Shown piece after piece: positions 35,160 through 46,900 of a stretch of 64,000 nt of DNA. How positions within the stretch are numbered: the stretch's first letter is position 1; every line of letters starts with the position of its first letter. The DNA lies in assembly GCA_963741205.1 (NCBI GenBank), contig CAVUHW010000026.1:96001-160000 (forward strand), in the 5' to 3' direction. Source of the DNA: Nitrospirota bacterium. Its GTDB lineage: Bacteria > Nitrospirota > UBA9217. The position numbers and the translations under genes were made by a program. The notes below the pieces were generated by a model that saw only the letters and a list, made by a program, of their open reading frames with translations, did no database searches and was not told where the DNA came from.

Positions 35160-36189
35160 CTAAGCCAGCTCAGCCAGCCTTCTGATCAGCCGTTCGCTGT
35201 CCTTCCAGCCCAGGCACGGATCGGTGATGGATTTGCCGTACACGTTTTCGGACACCTTCTGCGCGCCTTCCTCGATGAAGCTCTCGATCATGAAGCCTTT
35301 CACCATCTTCCGCACGAGCTCGGAATTTTCGCGCGTCCGCATGACTTCTTTTGCGATCCGCGGCTGCTCCTTGTACTGCTTGTTCGAGTTGGCGTGGTTC
35401 GTGTCCACGATGATGGCGGGGTAGGCGAAGGCCCGTTCCTTGTACGCCTTGGCGACCCTGATCAGGTCTTCGAAATGATAGTTGGGGATGCTCTGTCCGA
35501 ACTGGTTCATCGCCCCCCGGAGCACGCAGTGGGTCAGCGGGTTTCCGGAAGTCTTGACCTCCCACCCGTTGTAACTGAACACGTGCGGTGCCTGGGACGC
35601 CTGAACCGCGTTGAACATCACATCAATGTCGCCGGAGATCGGATTTTTCATGCCCACGGGGACGTCGAGGCCGCTGCAGGTCAGGCGGTGCTGCTGGTTT
35701 TCCACCGAGCGCGCGCCGACCGCCACGTAGGACAGAACATCTTCCAGATACGCATAGTTGTTGGGATAGAGCATTTCATCGGCTGCCGGGAAGATGGGAT
35801 TCCTTGAGCGCCCGGATGTGCATCTTCCGGATGGCCTTGATCCCCTCGACGATGTTCGGCTCTTCCTTCGGGTTCGGCTGGTGCGCCATGCCCTTGTAAC
35901 CGATGCCGGTCGTGCGGGGCTTGTTGGTATAGATGCGGGGGATGATGACGATCTTGTCCTTCACCTCATCCTGAACCTTCGCGAGCCGTGAGATATAATC
36001 GCACACAGCGTCCTCGTCGTGGGCCGAGCAGGGCCCGATGATAAGAAGGAGTTTGTCCAGGTCGCCGGTGAATACGCCCTGGATTTCCCTGTCCTTCTCT
36101 TTTTTGATCCTTTTCATATCCGCCGAAAGCGGCATCTTTTCGATGATATCTTTGGCTTTCGGGATCTGCCGGATATTTGAGAAGCTCAT
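35160..36189 (-). CDS. Class I DAHP synthase (frameshift near 35788)
   Basis: IIGPCSAH, YTNKPRTT, AVGARS, VGMKN, DTNHANS, GKSITDPCLGW. Confidence 0.94.
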
Positions 36190-36380
36190 AGGCTTTGTAA
36201 TACCTCCCCTTCTTTCAATTACCGCTTGCGACACTCGCCGGATGCATTTTTTTGATTATAAGAACCCCCATAAGGTAAGTCAAGATAAAAACTGTCTCTA
36301 CCGGGCCGTGAGTGAGTCCCGCGTCCGCAGATCAAAAAACGCTGGCCTTTTCTCTCGTAATATTGTATATAAAGCGTGCC

Positions 36381-37339
36381 ATGGCAAAGAAACCACCAGC
36401 AAAAAGGAAGGGTAAAGGCGGCGGCTCCGACCGCTGGATAATCACGGGGATCGTCGTCGCTCTCGTGGTGATCTCGCTCGTTCTGTGGGGCCCCCTGCGC
36501 AAGTTCCGGCCTCACGGTGAAAAGAGGCACCCGCCGCAGATGACGCAGCAGGAAACAGCCCCCTCGCCAAGGCGCCTCCGCAAAAAACTAAAAAACCTGC
36601 TGAACAGGCAACGAACGGGAAGCTCGAGAAGCATGAGGCGGGACCGGCGCTGCTCGGCAACGCGACGCCCGAAAAAACAGTCATGGTCGCCATCGTCATC
36701 GACGATCTGGGCGTGGACCTGAAGCAGGCCCGGGATATCCTTTCTTTGCCGGCCAAAGTCACCTTTGCCGTCATGCCCGGCCTGGCCCAGTCCAGGAAAG
36801 TCGCGGAAATGGCGCGGCAGAACAACCGCGAAGTGCTGCTTCACCTGCCCATGGAGTACCGGAGCAAGAACGGGACTCCGGCGCCGGGCATGCTGCGCTC
36901 CGACATGACGCCCATGGAATTCCTGAGCACCGTGAGTGACGATGTCGAATCGGTCCCCGGCGCCGTGGGCATCAACAACCACGAAGGCTCCGCGCTCACC
37001 GAGAACAAGGAGGCCATGAAGTTCCTGATGGCCGAGCTCAAGGCGCGCAACCTCATGTTCCTCGACAGCCTCACCAGCGCGAATAGCGTGGCCTACGCAA
37101 CGGCCCGGGAGTTCGGTCTCAAGGCCGCCAAGCGCGACGTATTCCTGGACAATGACAGCAACAATCCATCCTCCATACGGAAACAGCTCGATGAGTTGGT
37201 GGAGATCGCGCGGAAGAACGGCAGAGCGATCGGCATTGGCCATCCGCACCCCGCGACCGTTATCGAACTCAGGAAATGGCTCGCGGATACGAGCGGACAC
37301 GGCGTCGAGATCGTGCCGGTGTCGAAACTGATGAACTAA
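36381..37339 (+). CDS. Divergent polysaccharide deacetylase (YibQ-like; frameshift near 36570)
   Basis: N-terminal TM segment; AIVIDDLG, LLHLPME, NNHEGS, FLDSLT, RDVFLDN, AIGIGHP. Confidence 0.9.
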
Positions 37340-37344
37340 CAGGG

Positions 37345-37448
37345 TCAAGATAGCAAGGGGCAAGGGACAAGGTAAAAAACTTTCCATGGTTTACCCGCCT
37401 CTTCCGCCTTGACCCTTGCTGCTTGCTACTTGCTGCTCCTGCCCTTGA
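37345..37448. repeat. Inverted pair of heptamer arrays (GCAAG / CTTGC type)
   Basis: TAGCAAG GGGCAAG GGACAAG ... CCTTGAC CCTTGCT GCTTGCT ACTTGCT. Confidence 0.75.
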
Positions 37449-37454
37449 AATCCC

Positions 37455-38459
37455 ATGCTCACCCTCGGAATAGAAACCTCCTGCGATGAAACCGCGGCCG
37501 CCGTGCTGGACAACGAAACGGTCCTGTCCAGCATCGTCTCCTCGCAGACCGACATCCACAAAAAATACGGCGGCGTGGTGCCCGAGCTCGCGTCGCGGGA
37601 ACACTTGAAGAACCTCGTGCCCATCATTCGCGAAGCCCTCGACGCGGCGGCGGTCACTCTCAACGATATCGGCCTCGTGGCCGTCACGTATGCGCCAGGC
37701 CTGATCGGCGCCCTGCTCGTGGGGGTGTCGGCGGCAAAGGCCATCGCGTACGCGCGGGGCATCCCCTTCATCGGCGTCCACCACGGCGAAGGCCACATCC
37801 TCGCCGCTCACATCGAATACCCCGGCATCGGCTACCCGTATATCGCGCTGCTCGTGTCCGGCGGCCATACGGCTCTCTACCATGTCAAAGGGCTTGGAGA
37901 CTACCGCATGCTCGGCCAGACCAGGGACGATGCCGCCGGCGAGGCCTACGACAAAGTCGCCAAGCTCATGGGCCTTGAATATCCGGGCGGCCCGGTGCTT
38001 GACCGGCTCGCGCAAAGGGGAAACCCGGAGGCAATAAAATTCCCGCGCGGCCATCTTGCCGGGTACGATTTCAGTTTCAGCGGCCTCAAAACCGCGGTCA
38101 GGAACCATATCGCGCTCTTCATGAGCAGGGACAAGGGCATTGAGCCGAAACTGGACCTCGGGGACGTTGCCGCGAGTTTTCAGGCGGCCGTTGTGGACAC
38201 GCTCGTCGGAAAGACCATGCAGGCCGCGGCTGAAACGGGCGTGGACAAAATCGTCGTCGCAGGAGGCGTAGCGGCGAACAGTTCACTCAGGGCAAGAATG
38301 GATGACGAGGCGGGGAAACGGGGTATCACACTCTATCTTCCGGGCATGTTCTACTGCATCGACAACGCCGCCATGATCGCACTTGCGGGATACCTCCACT
38401 TCAAGCGCGGAGAGACCTCAGATCTTGACCTGAACCCCCGGGCCGGCATGCCGCTGTGA
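37455..38459 (+). CDS. tsaD: tRNA threonylcarbamoyltransferase TsaD
   Basis: LGIETSCDET, GGVVPELASR, HHGEGH, SGGHT, DNAAMIA. Confidence 0.97.
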   Translation: MLTLGIETSCDETAAAVLDNETVLSSIVSSQTDIHKKYGGVVPELASREHLKNLVPIIREALDAAAVTLNDIGLVAVTYAPGLIGALLVGVSAAKAIAYARGIPFIGVHHGEGHILAAHIEYPGIGYPYIALLVSGGHTALYHVKGLGDYRMLGQTRDDAAGEAYDKVAKLMGLEYPGGPVLDRLAQRGNPEAIKFPRGHLAGYDFSFSGLKTAVRNHIALFMSRDKGIEPKLDLGDVAASFQAAVVDTLVGKTMQAAAETGVDKIVVAGGVAANSSLRARMDDEAGKRGITLYLPGMFYCIDNAAMIALAGYLHFKRGETSDLDLNPRAGMPL

Positions 38460-38564
38460 TTTTTTCTCGTACGTGCTGTTTGCAAAGCACCTGTTGAGTC
38501 GAGCACTGCGCTTTTCCTTTACCATTCGAAGGTGTACGATTATTCGAATCCGACCCCTGTCGCA

Positions 38565-39090
38565 CTATGGCCAATAACTAACAAAGCCGTCTCGGTTCGG
38601 CATTTTAACCTGAGGGAGCGTTTTTGCGTCCATCCGCACCTCCGGGTCTATAATGCCGTTGAGGAAAAGAAGGTACGCGCTCACCGCGTAAACTTCGTCG
38701 TTCGAAAGGGACTGAGGAGCATTGAAAGGCATGGCCCTGCGAATATAGTCGAACAGCGTGGTCGCGTAGGGCCAATAGCTCCCGACGGTTTTTACCGGTT
38801 TCTTCGAGGCCAGCGTGCCTATCCCTCCCACGAGGGGATCGGCGGGTCCTTCTATACCCTTCACCCCATGACAACCGGCGCACTTCGCGTTATAAACAGC
38901 TTCTCCTTCGGCAGCCGTACCACTACCGGGAGGAAGTCCGCTTCCATCGGGCGGAATACTGATATCCCAGGCGGCAATTTCTTCGGGCATGACTTCTTGG
39001 CCGAGATTGGGACTGGAGAAGGCAGTTCTGGTAACGAAAATAACGGCAGCCAGTCAGAACGAGGACTCTCAAGAGTTTATTGGTAGACAT
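38565..39090 (-). CDS. soxD: SoxD-like monoheme cytochrome c (frameshifted N-terminus)
   Basis: AWDISIPPDGSGLPPGSG, CAGCH, KTVGSYWPYATTLFDYIRRAMP, MPNRDGF; ATG 39090 overlaps the soxC end. Confidence 0.82.
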
Positions 39091-40408
39091 TTCGGATCAC
39101 TCCTTCCGGGCTTATACTCCAGGTCTGAATCGCATTGTAGTGATATTCGTTAGCTACCGAATACTGAGCACGTCCATTTTTCACGGGTGGGCTGGATGTT
39201 CCCTTTCTCATCCGCGGCCCGGCTTTGGAGCAATACGGGGCCCCCATCCCAATTCCAGGGAACACGAAACCGGGTCAGCGCCAGCGGGAGAACTGGAGCT
39301 TGCAGCGCCGCTTTGGCCCAGCTCTTGCCGCCGTCTGCGGAGACCTCCACCTGGGTGATGCGGCCGGAGCCGGACCAGGCGAGACCCGATACTTCGTAAA
39401 AACCCTTCCCCTTCATGGTCATGCCCGCGGAAGGATGAGTAATGACCGACTTGACCCCCATGGGAAAGGTGAACTGACGGGCTCTTCCATCCGGCATCAA
39501 ATCGGTATACTTCGAGGTTTCTTCCCGGCTATAAATAGGTTTTTCCGTGACCGTCAGCCGGCGGAGCCATTTGACGGACATATTCCCCTCCCAGCCCGGC
39601 AGCAGGAGCCGCAGGGGGTAGCCTTGTTCAGGACGGATACGCTCGCCGTTCTGGTAAAGGGCGATCATGGCATCATCCAGGGCTTTCTCGATGGGAATAC
39701 TCCGGTTCATAGCGGCAGCGTCTCCGGCTTCGGCCACGATCCATTTGCCCTTGGGGTCCAATCCGGCTTCGTCCAGCAATAAAGCCAGAGGGATACCCGT
39801 CCATTCGCAGCACGAAATCAGCCCATGGATAGCCCCACAGGACATTTGAGGTGGTTCCGGTCTGGTATTGAAAAGGCTGTTGCCTGAACATTCCAAAAAG
39901 AAGATCCGGCTTACGGTGGGATACCGTAACAACGCCTCGACGGAGAATTTCAGCGGCCTTTTGACTAGGCCATGGATGAGCAGCTCATGCTTGGTGGGAT
40001 CGATGTCCGGAACGCCGCTGTGATGTCGCTCGTAGTGCAACCCGTTCGGCGTGATCGTACCCTGGAGCTGATGCAGCGGAGTCATGGACATCGCGGCACC
40101 TGGAGCAATATCCTTGTATCGCTGGTAGAAGATCCGCTTGACCTCCGTCTTCATATTTGGCAGGGTTGACCATAACCCCGGAACGGCTGTCCGGGTATCT
40201 TCATCCACGGAGGGGTTTCCAGCGCCGGAGACTCCGCTGCTTGCGCCGTCGCCAAAAGATCACCCGAAAGATTGCCTGCCGCCACCAATCCGGCCACCTT
40301 GACCGCGCCTGTCAGAAAGGCCCGACGGTCGAGCAGACCCCGGTCTGCTGCGGGTGCAGGCAGTTCCGTTGTTACTTTTCTTTTTGATATTTTCCACCTG
40401 GATGTCAT
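39077..40408 (-). CDS. soxC: SoxC-like sulfite/sulfane dehydrogenase molybdopterin subunit, Tat-exported (frameshifts)
   Basis: Tat motif DRRAFL; ITPNGLHYERHH, FLECSGN, EQGYPLRL, VKWLRR, YHYNAIQTW. Confidence 0.88.
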
Positions 40409-40506
40409 CGCCCGCCTCCTATCTCTTTAACCATTACGACCGAAATGGAAGGACAAAGGTTGCTAAACCTGCACATCGTTTCGATGAAAACTTTTGAAAA
40501 ATCTGC

Positions 40507-41898
40507 TCACTGGGCAGTAACCGGTTCATATCCAAAATCCAGCGCATTCCCCAGATCATTCGCGGCGGCATCGCGAGTCCCGAGCGGCGCAATATTCCAA
40601 CGTTTTTCGATAAACTTCAAAATAGAGGTTGTATCGTACAGGGTGTGGTCAACATACCCTTTCTTCGCAAACGGAGAGATAATGATTGTCGGAATCCTGG
40701 TTCCCGGCCCCCACCGGTCGCCTTTCGGCGGCGCGACGTGGTCCCATCGGCCGCCGTTTTCATCATAGGTGATGATAATCACGCTGTCCTTCCAGTACGG
40801 GCTCTCCCTGAGCGTCTTGACCAGTTCCGCGACGTGCTGTTGCCCGGCAAGAAGCGATGCATAGCCAGGATGTTCATTGAACGCACCGATGGGCTTTATA
40901 AATGATACCGAGGGCAGGGTACCATTTTTAAGGTCTTTTAAAAACTCCTGTTCGTCTTTTAGATGAGCGCCTCTTGCCGGAGTCCCGTCAGAATAGTTCG
41001 CGAAATAAGCAAAGGGCTGATGATGGTACTGAAAATACTTGTCAGCTTTCCCGGCAAGCGCATCACTCCAGCCTCCTGAATACCACGCCCAGGAAATGTT
41101 TTTTTCCGTCAGCCGGTCTCCAATGGTCGGCATGGTTTGATTCGGCAGGAGTTTACACCGGTCCCCCGCTTTATCCGGGTGCGGCTGGTTCACGGAATAA
41201 ACCGTATTGACAGCGTACCCGTCAGGCGTGATCGCGCCGTCCTGCAGGAGTGTTCCGTTCGAATCGAGCTTTGCAACCAGGGACAGAGGCGCATCAGGCC
41301 AGGCCGGCGTACAGGCGCAGATGAGCCAGAAATGATTCAGGAAGGACCCGCCGAAGGCAGCCTGAAAAAAGTTGTCCGCGATCGTGTATTGGCGCGCAAG
41401 CTTCCCCTCGGGAAGATCGCTCGCGTCGAAATAGCTCATGACCAGTCCGGGGTTGTCGCTCCAGGCGGCGAATTTATCCATTTTGCCGCCGTCGATCTGC
41501 AGCTGGTTCTGATAAAATCGGTGAACAAGGTCCCCTGTTTTCTGATCAATGGAAAGATACTGCAAAAGATCATACGGTTTCGCCGGTATATTTTCAGGAA
41601 AACGCCCGTCATGAACCGCCGGCTTTGAGCTCGTGTCCAGCGGCCCCGGTAATGCCGCCAAAGGTTCCCCTTCCTTGTCCACCTGGTTTACTGCGTTTCC
41701 CGCATTTGCGAGCCCGTTTGCGCCGGGGAACTTTCCGTACAAGCCGTCAAAACTCCAGTTCTCCTGGTAAATAACGACAACGTGTCCGATTTTTTCGAAT
41801 GCCTTCGATGGAACTTCCGCCGGAGCCGGAAAGGGATACAAAAACAGGAAGGCGAAGAACAGTGTTAGCACGCTTCGGATGCGGTGTGAATGGAACAC
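40507..41898 (-). CDS. Secreted acid phosphatase / phosphoesterase (AcpA/PLC family)
   Basis: Signal peptide; VVIYQENWSFD, DLVHRFYQNQ, GGSFLNH, NEHPGY, TYDENGGRWDHV, GPGTRIP. Confidence 0.92.
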   Translation of the reverse strand: MFHSHRIRSVLTLFFAFLFLYPFPAPAEVPSKAFEKIGHVVVIYQENWSFDGLYGKFPGANGLANAGNAVNQVDKEGEPLAALPGPLDTSSKPAVHDGRFPENIPAKPYDLLQYLSIDQKTGDLVHRFYQNQLQIDGGKMDKFAAWSDNPGLVMSYFDASDLPEGKLARQYTIADNFFQAAFGGSFLNHFWLICACTPAWPDAPLSLVAKLDSNGTLLQDGAITPDGYAVNTVYSVNQPHPDKAGDRCKLLPNQTMPTIGDRLTEKNISWAWYSGGWSDALAGKADKYFQYHHQPFAYFANYSDGTPARGAHLKDEQEFLKDLKNGTLPSVSFIKPIGAFNEHPGYASLLAGQQHVAELVKTLRESPYWKDSVIIITYDENGGRWDHVAPPKGDRWGPGTRIPTIIISPFAKKGYVDHTLYDTTSILKFIEKRWNIAPLGTRDAAANDLGNALDFGYEPVTAQ

Positions 41899-42224
41899 TC
41901 TCTCCTCCCATTCTTAACCGAGAAGCAAGGCAATAGCAGCGCGGGATTCCCAGAATACTCATGTTCTGGGAACTGAACAGCACTAAGTGGAACGATTTTA
42001 GTATGGCCTGATCTTTTTGTAAAGAAAATAACAGGAATATTGCTTTTGAGATTTCATTCTCCGATAGGGGTGATTGCCGGGGTATTCACGCCGAGGTAAC
42101 GGGCGATAGCCGCCGTGGTTAGCGAATTCTACTCCGCCCGCGCACAGCAATGCGCGCCCCTATGTCGCTCACTTTCCTGCGCTGCGAGGTGGGACAGTGG
42201 AGTTGCGGCAGGTCAAAGGATTGG

Positions 42225-43922
42225 TCAAAACTTATAGGTAATCAATGCTGTTCCGTCGAATCTGCGATACACATCGGCGATTTTGTAATACGACCCTTCG
42301 GCCGTAAGATAGAGCGATGGGCCGACCTTCACGCTATAGGCCAGATCGAGGTCCAGACCGGCATTCCATTCGTCTCCGTCGGAATGCCTCCGCGTGTATT
42401 GGAAACTGGGTCCGACAATCAAGCGCAGTTCACTGTCCGGTTGAAGCCGATAGGTGGCCTCCAGATGGAGCGCGTTGTTTACGAAAAGGTCCGGGCTGAA
42501 ATAACCTCCCGCAAAGGGCGCGTTATTACTGTCAACAAACCCCGAGTTGTCCTGACTGTAATGGGCTATCTGAAATTTATAGAAGAGAGCAAAAGCAAAT
42601 GCTCCCTCATTGAAGAAATGGAATCTGGCATCGGCGTCAGCGCCGACCAATGAGTTATTGTTTGTTGTATTCGAGCTGACATAGCCTGCATACGGCATCG
42701 CCGAGGCCTGGATCCGCTCACCTTGAAACGCAAGCCTGCAAAATGCGGTATTCGACCTGGCAGCGCCGATCTTCCGCCCCGTCACGCTGTCCGTATCTCC
42801 GGCAATGGCAAGCAGGGAGTCGTATTTGAACGCGCGCCTGATTCCCGGGGTGATCAGCACCCTGCCCTGTTCAGTCGAATATTGGACGAGAAATTCGCTG
42901 TCGCTCTCCGCGTCCTTAAAATCGTGGTACTTCAGCTCCGCGTCTATCCGGCGTGTGGGATCGAAACGGCCCTGCAGCCTCAGTTTATAAAAGGTGCCAT
43001 CGACAGTGGTTTCGTCGTGGCGGTATTTTTCCAGGCCGATTTCTGCCTCGCCGGTCAAAAATGGCGTTATATCCGCCTGGCCGCCTGCGTTCAGCAAATA
43101 GCCGGAGTAAGCGTAATGGCTGTCATCGCTCGACTGCTTGAAATAGGTGAAGCCCGTCTTTATCCGGGGTTCGCGGCCCTGCATGAGATCATCCCGGATA
43201 TGTTTTGCGGACTTGTCCTGTGAATCGTAGCGGAGCGCAAGCTTGGAGTGATAAATGGCGCGATCGTTATCTCCCCGCCAGGCATAGGCAGCGGCCAGTT
43301 CACGATGAGCGGCGCTGTTTCCCGGATTCCGGTCTACCAGGATTTGATACTGCTCGATTGCCTGGTCGATTGTTTCATGGTGCGCGGCAAGAAGCCGGGC
43401 ATATTCCAAACGGACACTGGCATCACCGGGTTTGGCACGCACGAGCAGCTTATATTCAGCGACGGCCTCATCAAAGGTACCCCTCTCCCCGGCCAGCAGC
43501 CTTGCCAGCCGGTGCCGGTTTTCGTAATCTGACTTGTGTTTCAGTCCCATGCGGTAATATTGGATGGCATCTTTTCTCCGGTAGGAAAACCTCGCGTCTT
43601 CAAGGTATCTTGCCTGCTTGAAGGCAATGTCGGCATCGTTGGGGAAGCGCTGCAAATAGCGGTCATAATGCTCAATCGCTTTATCGGTGAGGCCCTGCAA
43701 TTCATAAGCACGCCCGAGGAGCCGCATCGCCTCTTGATTGTCGGGATTAAGCGCAACCAGTTTTTCAAATGACTCAATGGCCGCCTTGTAGTTCTCGATT
43801 TCCATGTTGGCCTTGCCCCGTGACATATACCAGTTTTCTTTGATGTCGGCGTGCACTGCCGTCGCCAGGCAAAGCGACGCGATCATCGCGGCAATTGCCG
43901 CATAAAAAATAGATTTCATCAT
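42225..43922 (-). CDS. bcsC: Short BcsC-like TPR plus outer-membrane beta-barrel export protein
   Basis: Signal peptide (VHA/D), several TPRs, then BcsC-like motifs RRAFKYDSLLAIAG, DSVTG and GGYFSP, ending in a C-terminal Phe (ITYKF). Confidence 0.78.
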   Translation of the reverse strand: MMKSIFYAAIAAMIASLCLATAVHADIKENWYMSRGKANMEIENYKAAIESFEKLVALNPDNQEAMRLLGRAYELQGLTDKAIEHYDRYLQRFPNDADIAFKQARYLEDARFSYRRKDAIQYYRMGLKHKSDYENRHRLARLLAGERGTFDEAVAEYKLLVRAKPGDASVRLEYARLLAAHHETIDQAIEQYQILVDRNPGNSAAHRELAAAYAWRGDNDRAIYHSKLALRYDSQDKSAKHIRDDLMQGREPRIKTGFTYFKQSSDDSHYAYSGYLLNAGGQADITPFLTGEAEIGLEKYRHDETTVDGTFYKLRLQGRFDPTRRIDAELKYHDFKDAESDSEFLVQYSTEQGRVLITPGIRRAFKYDSLLAIAGDTDSVTGRKIGAARSNTAFCRLAFQGERIQASAMPYAGYVSSNTTNNNSLVGADADARFHFFNEGAFAFALFYKFQIAHYSQDNSGFVDSNNAPFAGGYFSPDLFVNNALHLEATYRLQPDSELRLIVGPSFQYTRRHSDGDEWNAGLDLDLAYSVKVGPSLYLTAEGSYYKIADVYRRFDGTALITYKF

Positions 43923-43930
43923 AGGGGTTC

Positions 43931-46900
43931 TCAGAAGGTAAAACCTGCCGCGTAAAAATTGGGTAAAATATTTTTCCGGTAAACCATGCGCATCGGTCTT
44001 TGTTCCGGCTCGCCTCCAAGGATTTGCCATTCACCGTCCGGATCGATGTGCTTCGCGAAAAAGAAGAGTTTTCTGCCCTTTGTGGACTGGTTGCGCAACA
44101 GGGCCCGAATGCTGGATGCCGTTATGAGAGAGCCTCGTCAGCCGGAACCGGGAGCGCCGGACCTCCGTGCGGTTGAGCGTGACGGAGGGGAGAAAAGAGT
44201 TGACAATCCCTTTCAGGAAATAGTATCCCATCATCAGGTTGCTGCCGGTCTGGCCCGCGTGCGCGTTTTTCCACGTATTCGCATCGGCAAAGGTGCGCAA
44301 CAAGAGCTCCCTTTTAGGCCCGGGATCCAGATCGGTGAAACTCACGCCGCACCGGACCGGGCCTCCGTGCCTTCGGTCCTGATACACTCGCCGGGCCGTA
44401 ATGGCAATTGGTTTCTCGTCGAATAATTCCAGGGTCGCCGATGATGGAATGCGGACATCCCGTTCAGGCACAAAGGATGCGCCCGTCAGGCTGATATCGT
44501 GCAGTCTGCCCTCCAATAGGAAGCCGTCCGCTGTCAATCGAAACGGCGCGGCGATGTTTATTCTTTCGCTTTGACGTCTTTGGGGCCTTTCCCAGGCCAT
44601 AAGAAGCGCCACCAGTAAAAAGACGAAATTGTACACCGCCCACCCAAGGTTAATAAAATAGGCCTCCTTTTCGACTCCGAAATAGGTAAATTCTATTATT
44701 CCCTTTATGATCGCAAAAAGGGTAATCGCCGCGGCGATCAGCGTTACCCAGGAGGATGACAAATCAAATTTTCTGGTATCGGAGGTGATGCCTTTGGGAG
44801 TCACCTTGAAGGCCAGCTTCCGGGGTAAAACCAGCTCGAATAAGGACAGAAACAGCGGGAAAGCGACGGCGTTTTCATAGACCACCCCCCAGAACATGCG
44901 CGGCCATCTCTGAAGCAGCGCCGAGGAAAGCAGCGGCAGGCATATCATATACGGAATGAGACGGGCCAAAAGAATTGAAACATCGGAAAAGATCGGGTGC
45001 AGGTGAAAGAGCAGATAGTAGAGCGGCGTAATCCAGAAAACAATTCTGACGATGGGGAAGAAAAAGTAGAATAAGGATGCAAAATAGCCGATCCGGTGAC
45101 GTAATCCCAACCCTTTTTGAAACATCGGGTTATTCTTGAAAAAAATCTGGAGGCAGCCTTGCATCCAGCGCTTTCGCTGCACAATGTAGGACGCGTAATC
45201 CTCCGCAGCGAGTCCCACGGCCAGGTCCTTGTCCACAAAAACAGAGGTATAGCCCTCTGCGTGCAGATGCTGGCTGCTGTGGATGTCTTCGGTGATGCTC
45301 ATCAGTTTGAAACCGCCTATTTTTTCCAGCGCTTTTCTTCGAAACACGGCCCCGCTGCCGACAAAGAAGGCCCCTTCCCAGTTGTTCCTTCCCCCCTGGA
45401 TGCCGTGGTTAAACATGTCTTGTTCATTGGGAACACGCCGTCCGACTCGAAAGGCCCTCTGAAAAATATCGTTGTTATAAAAATGGTGCGGTGTTTGTAC
45501 GACGCCGACCTTCGGGTCATGGAAGAACATTACGGTTTCGTCCAGAAAAGAAGAGACCGGGATATGATCGGTATCGAAGACAACGATCAGGTCTCCGCCC
45601 GTAATTGCCAATGCATTGTTCAGGTTGCCTGCCTTGGCATGCCGGCGCGGCCCCTTGATATAGGTGGCGCCATGTTCAATCGCCAGGTCGCGCACAGCAT
45701 CACGATGACTGTCGTCGAGGATGAAAACGGTTTTATGGGGGTACCTCATCGCGCAGGCCGCGGCCAGGGTCTTTTCCAAAATATCGAGAGATTCAGAGTA
45801 GATGGGGATATAAATATCCACGGACGGCGTATAATTATCGATCGGTGTTGTTTTTTTCTTCTTCTTTTTTAAATTAAGGCCGACCTGGACCAAAAGGAGA
45901 ACAACTGTTGTCAAGCAATAGAACTCCGCAATCCACAGCGAGATACTGATGAAAGGTCCCAGCGTTTCCCGAAAGTTCAGCGTAAAATTGAGACGCCACC
46001 ACAGGTACAGGAAGCAGATCGTAAACCCGCAGGCAAGCAATGCCACTTTAACGACTTTATGGAGGGCTTCCTGTTTCACCTTCAGGAGAAAATAGAGCAG
46101 AATGAAAATCAGTGTCAGCGCCCAGGGAAAGTGCCGCCAAAACCCCTTGGGATCCACCGGCTCGATAAAATCAAAAAAAGCCAGATAATTGCGCGCGACC
46201 CCGGCTTCGAAGGCACGGCCGAACCAGAGCCAGTTGTGCAGGTAATAGGGCGTTTCTTTGTCGGCCAGGGCATTTTTCCAGAGCCCGGTCAACTTCCTGG
46301 TATAGATCTCTTTGGCCAGTCCAGGGTCTTCAATGACGGCCAGCGCCTGAACCGTTGCATACAGCGGAAGGGCTTCAAGCTCGGATCGAGCCTGGCCCTG
46401 CGGGGTATATCGATCAACTATTTTCCCTTGCTGTTTCCATCGGGTTTGGAAAAAAGCCAGCATGGCCCTTCTGAGCTTGCCCTTGCTTCTTCCATGCCAC
46501 TGCGCATCCATGGCGATGCGCCAATAGAGGGGAAAGGCATCATAGCTGAAAAGGGCCTGCCGGTCGTCGTTGGATTTATCGATAAAGAGCCGGCCTGAAT
46601 CCTTGTTCACATAAATTACCTGGGGCGGCAAGGCCACGCCCTGATCGAAATACAGCCATTCTAATATTTCGTACGAGGAATCGATCAGCGCCCCCCAAGG
46701 ATGGCGATGGTCCACCTGCGCAAAGAGCCCGTAGGCATAGGGCGCCAGATAGCCGACGTGGATGGCGGGAAATTTTTCCTGGGGCGCCCAGTCGCCCGCG
46801 GTCGGAAAATACTTTTCGTTGATTTTGATGATTTCCTTGCGCCAGATATCGTCCAGGATGCGCAGGGCGTCGTCTCGATAGCCGGCAATGGAAAATTTCT

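Noticed and set aside
35776-35790. TGA in DAHP synthase as selenocysteine
   Set aside because: Homology continues in another frame (LPAADEMLYP), so this is a frameshift, not readthrough.
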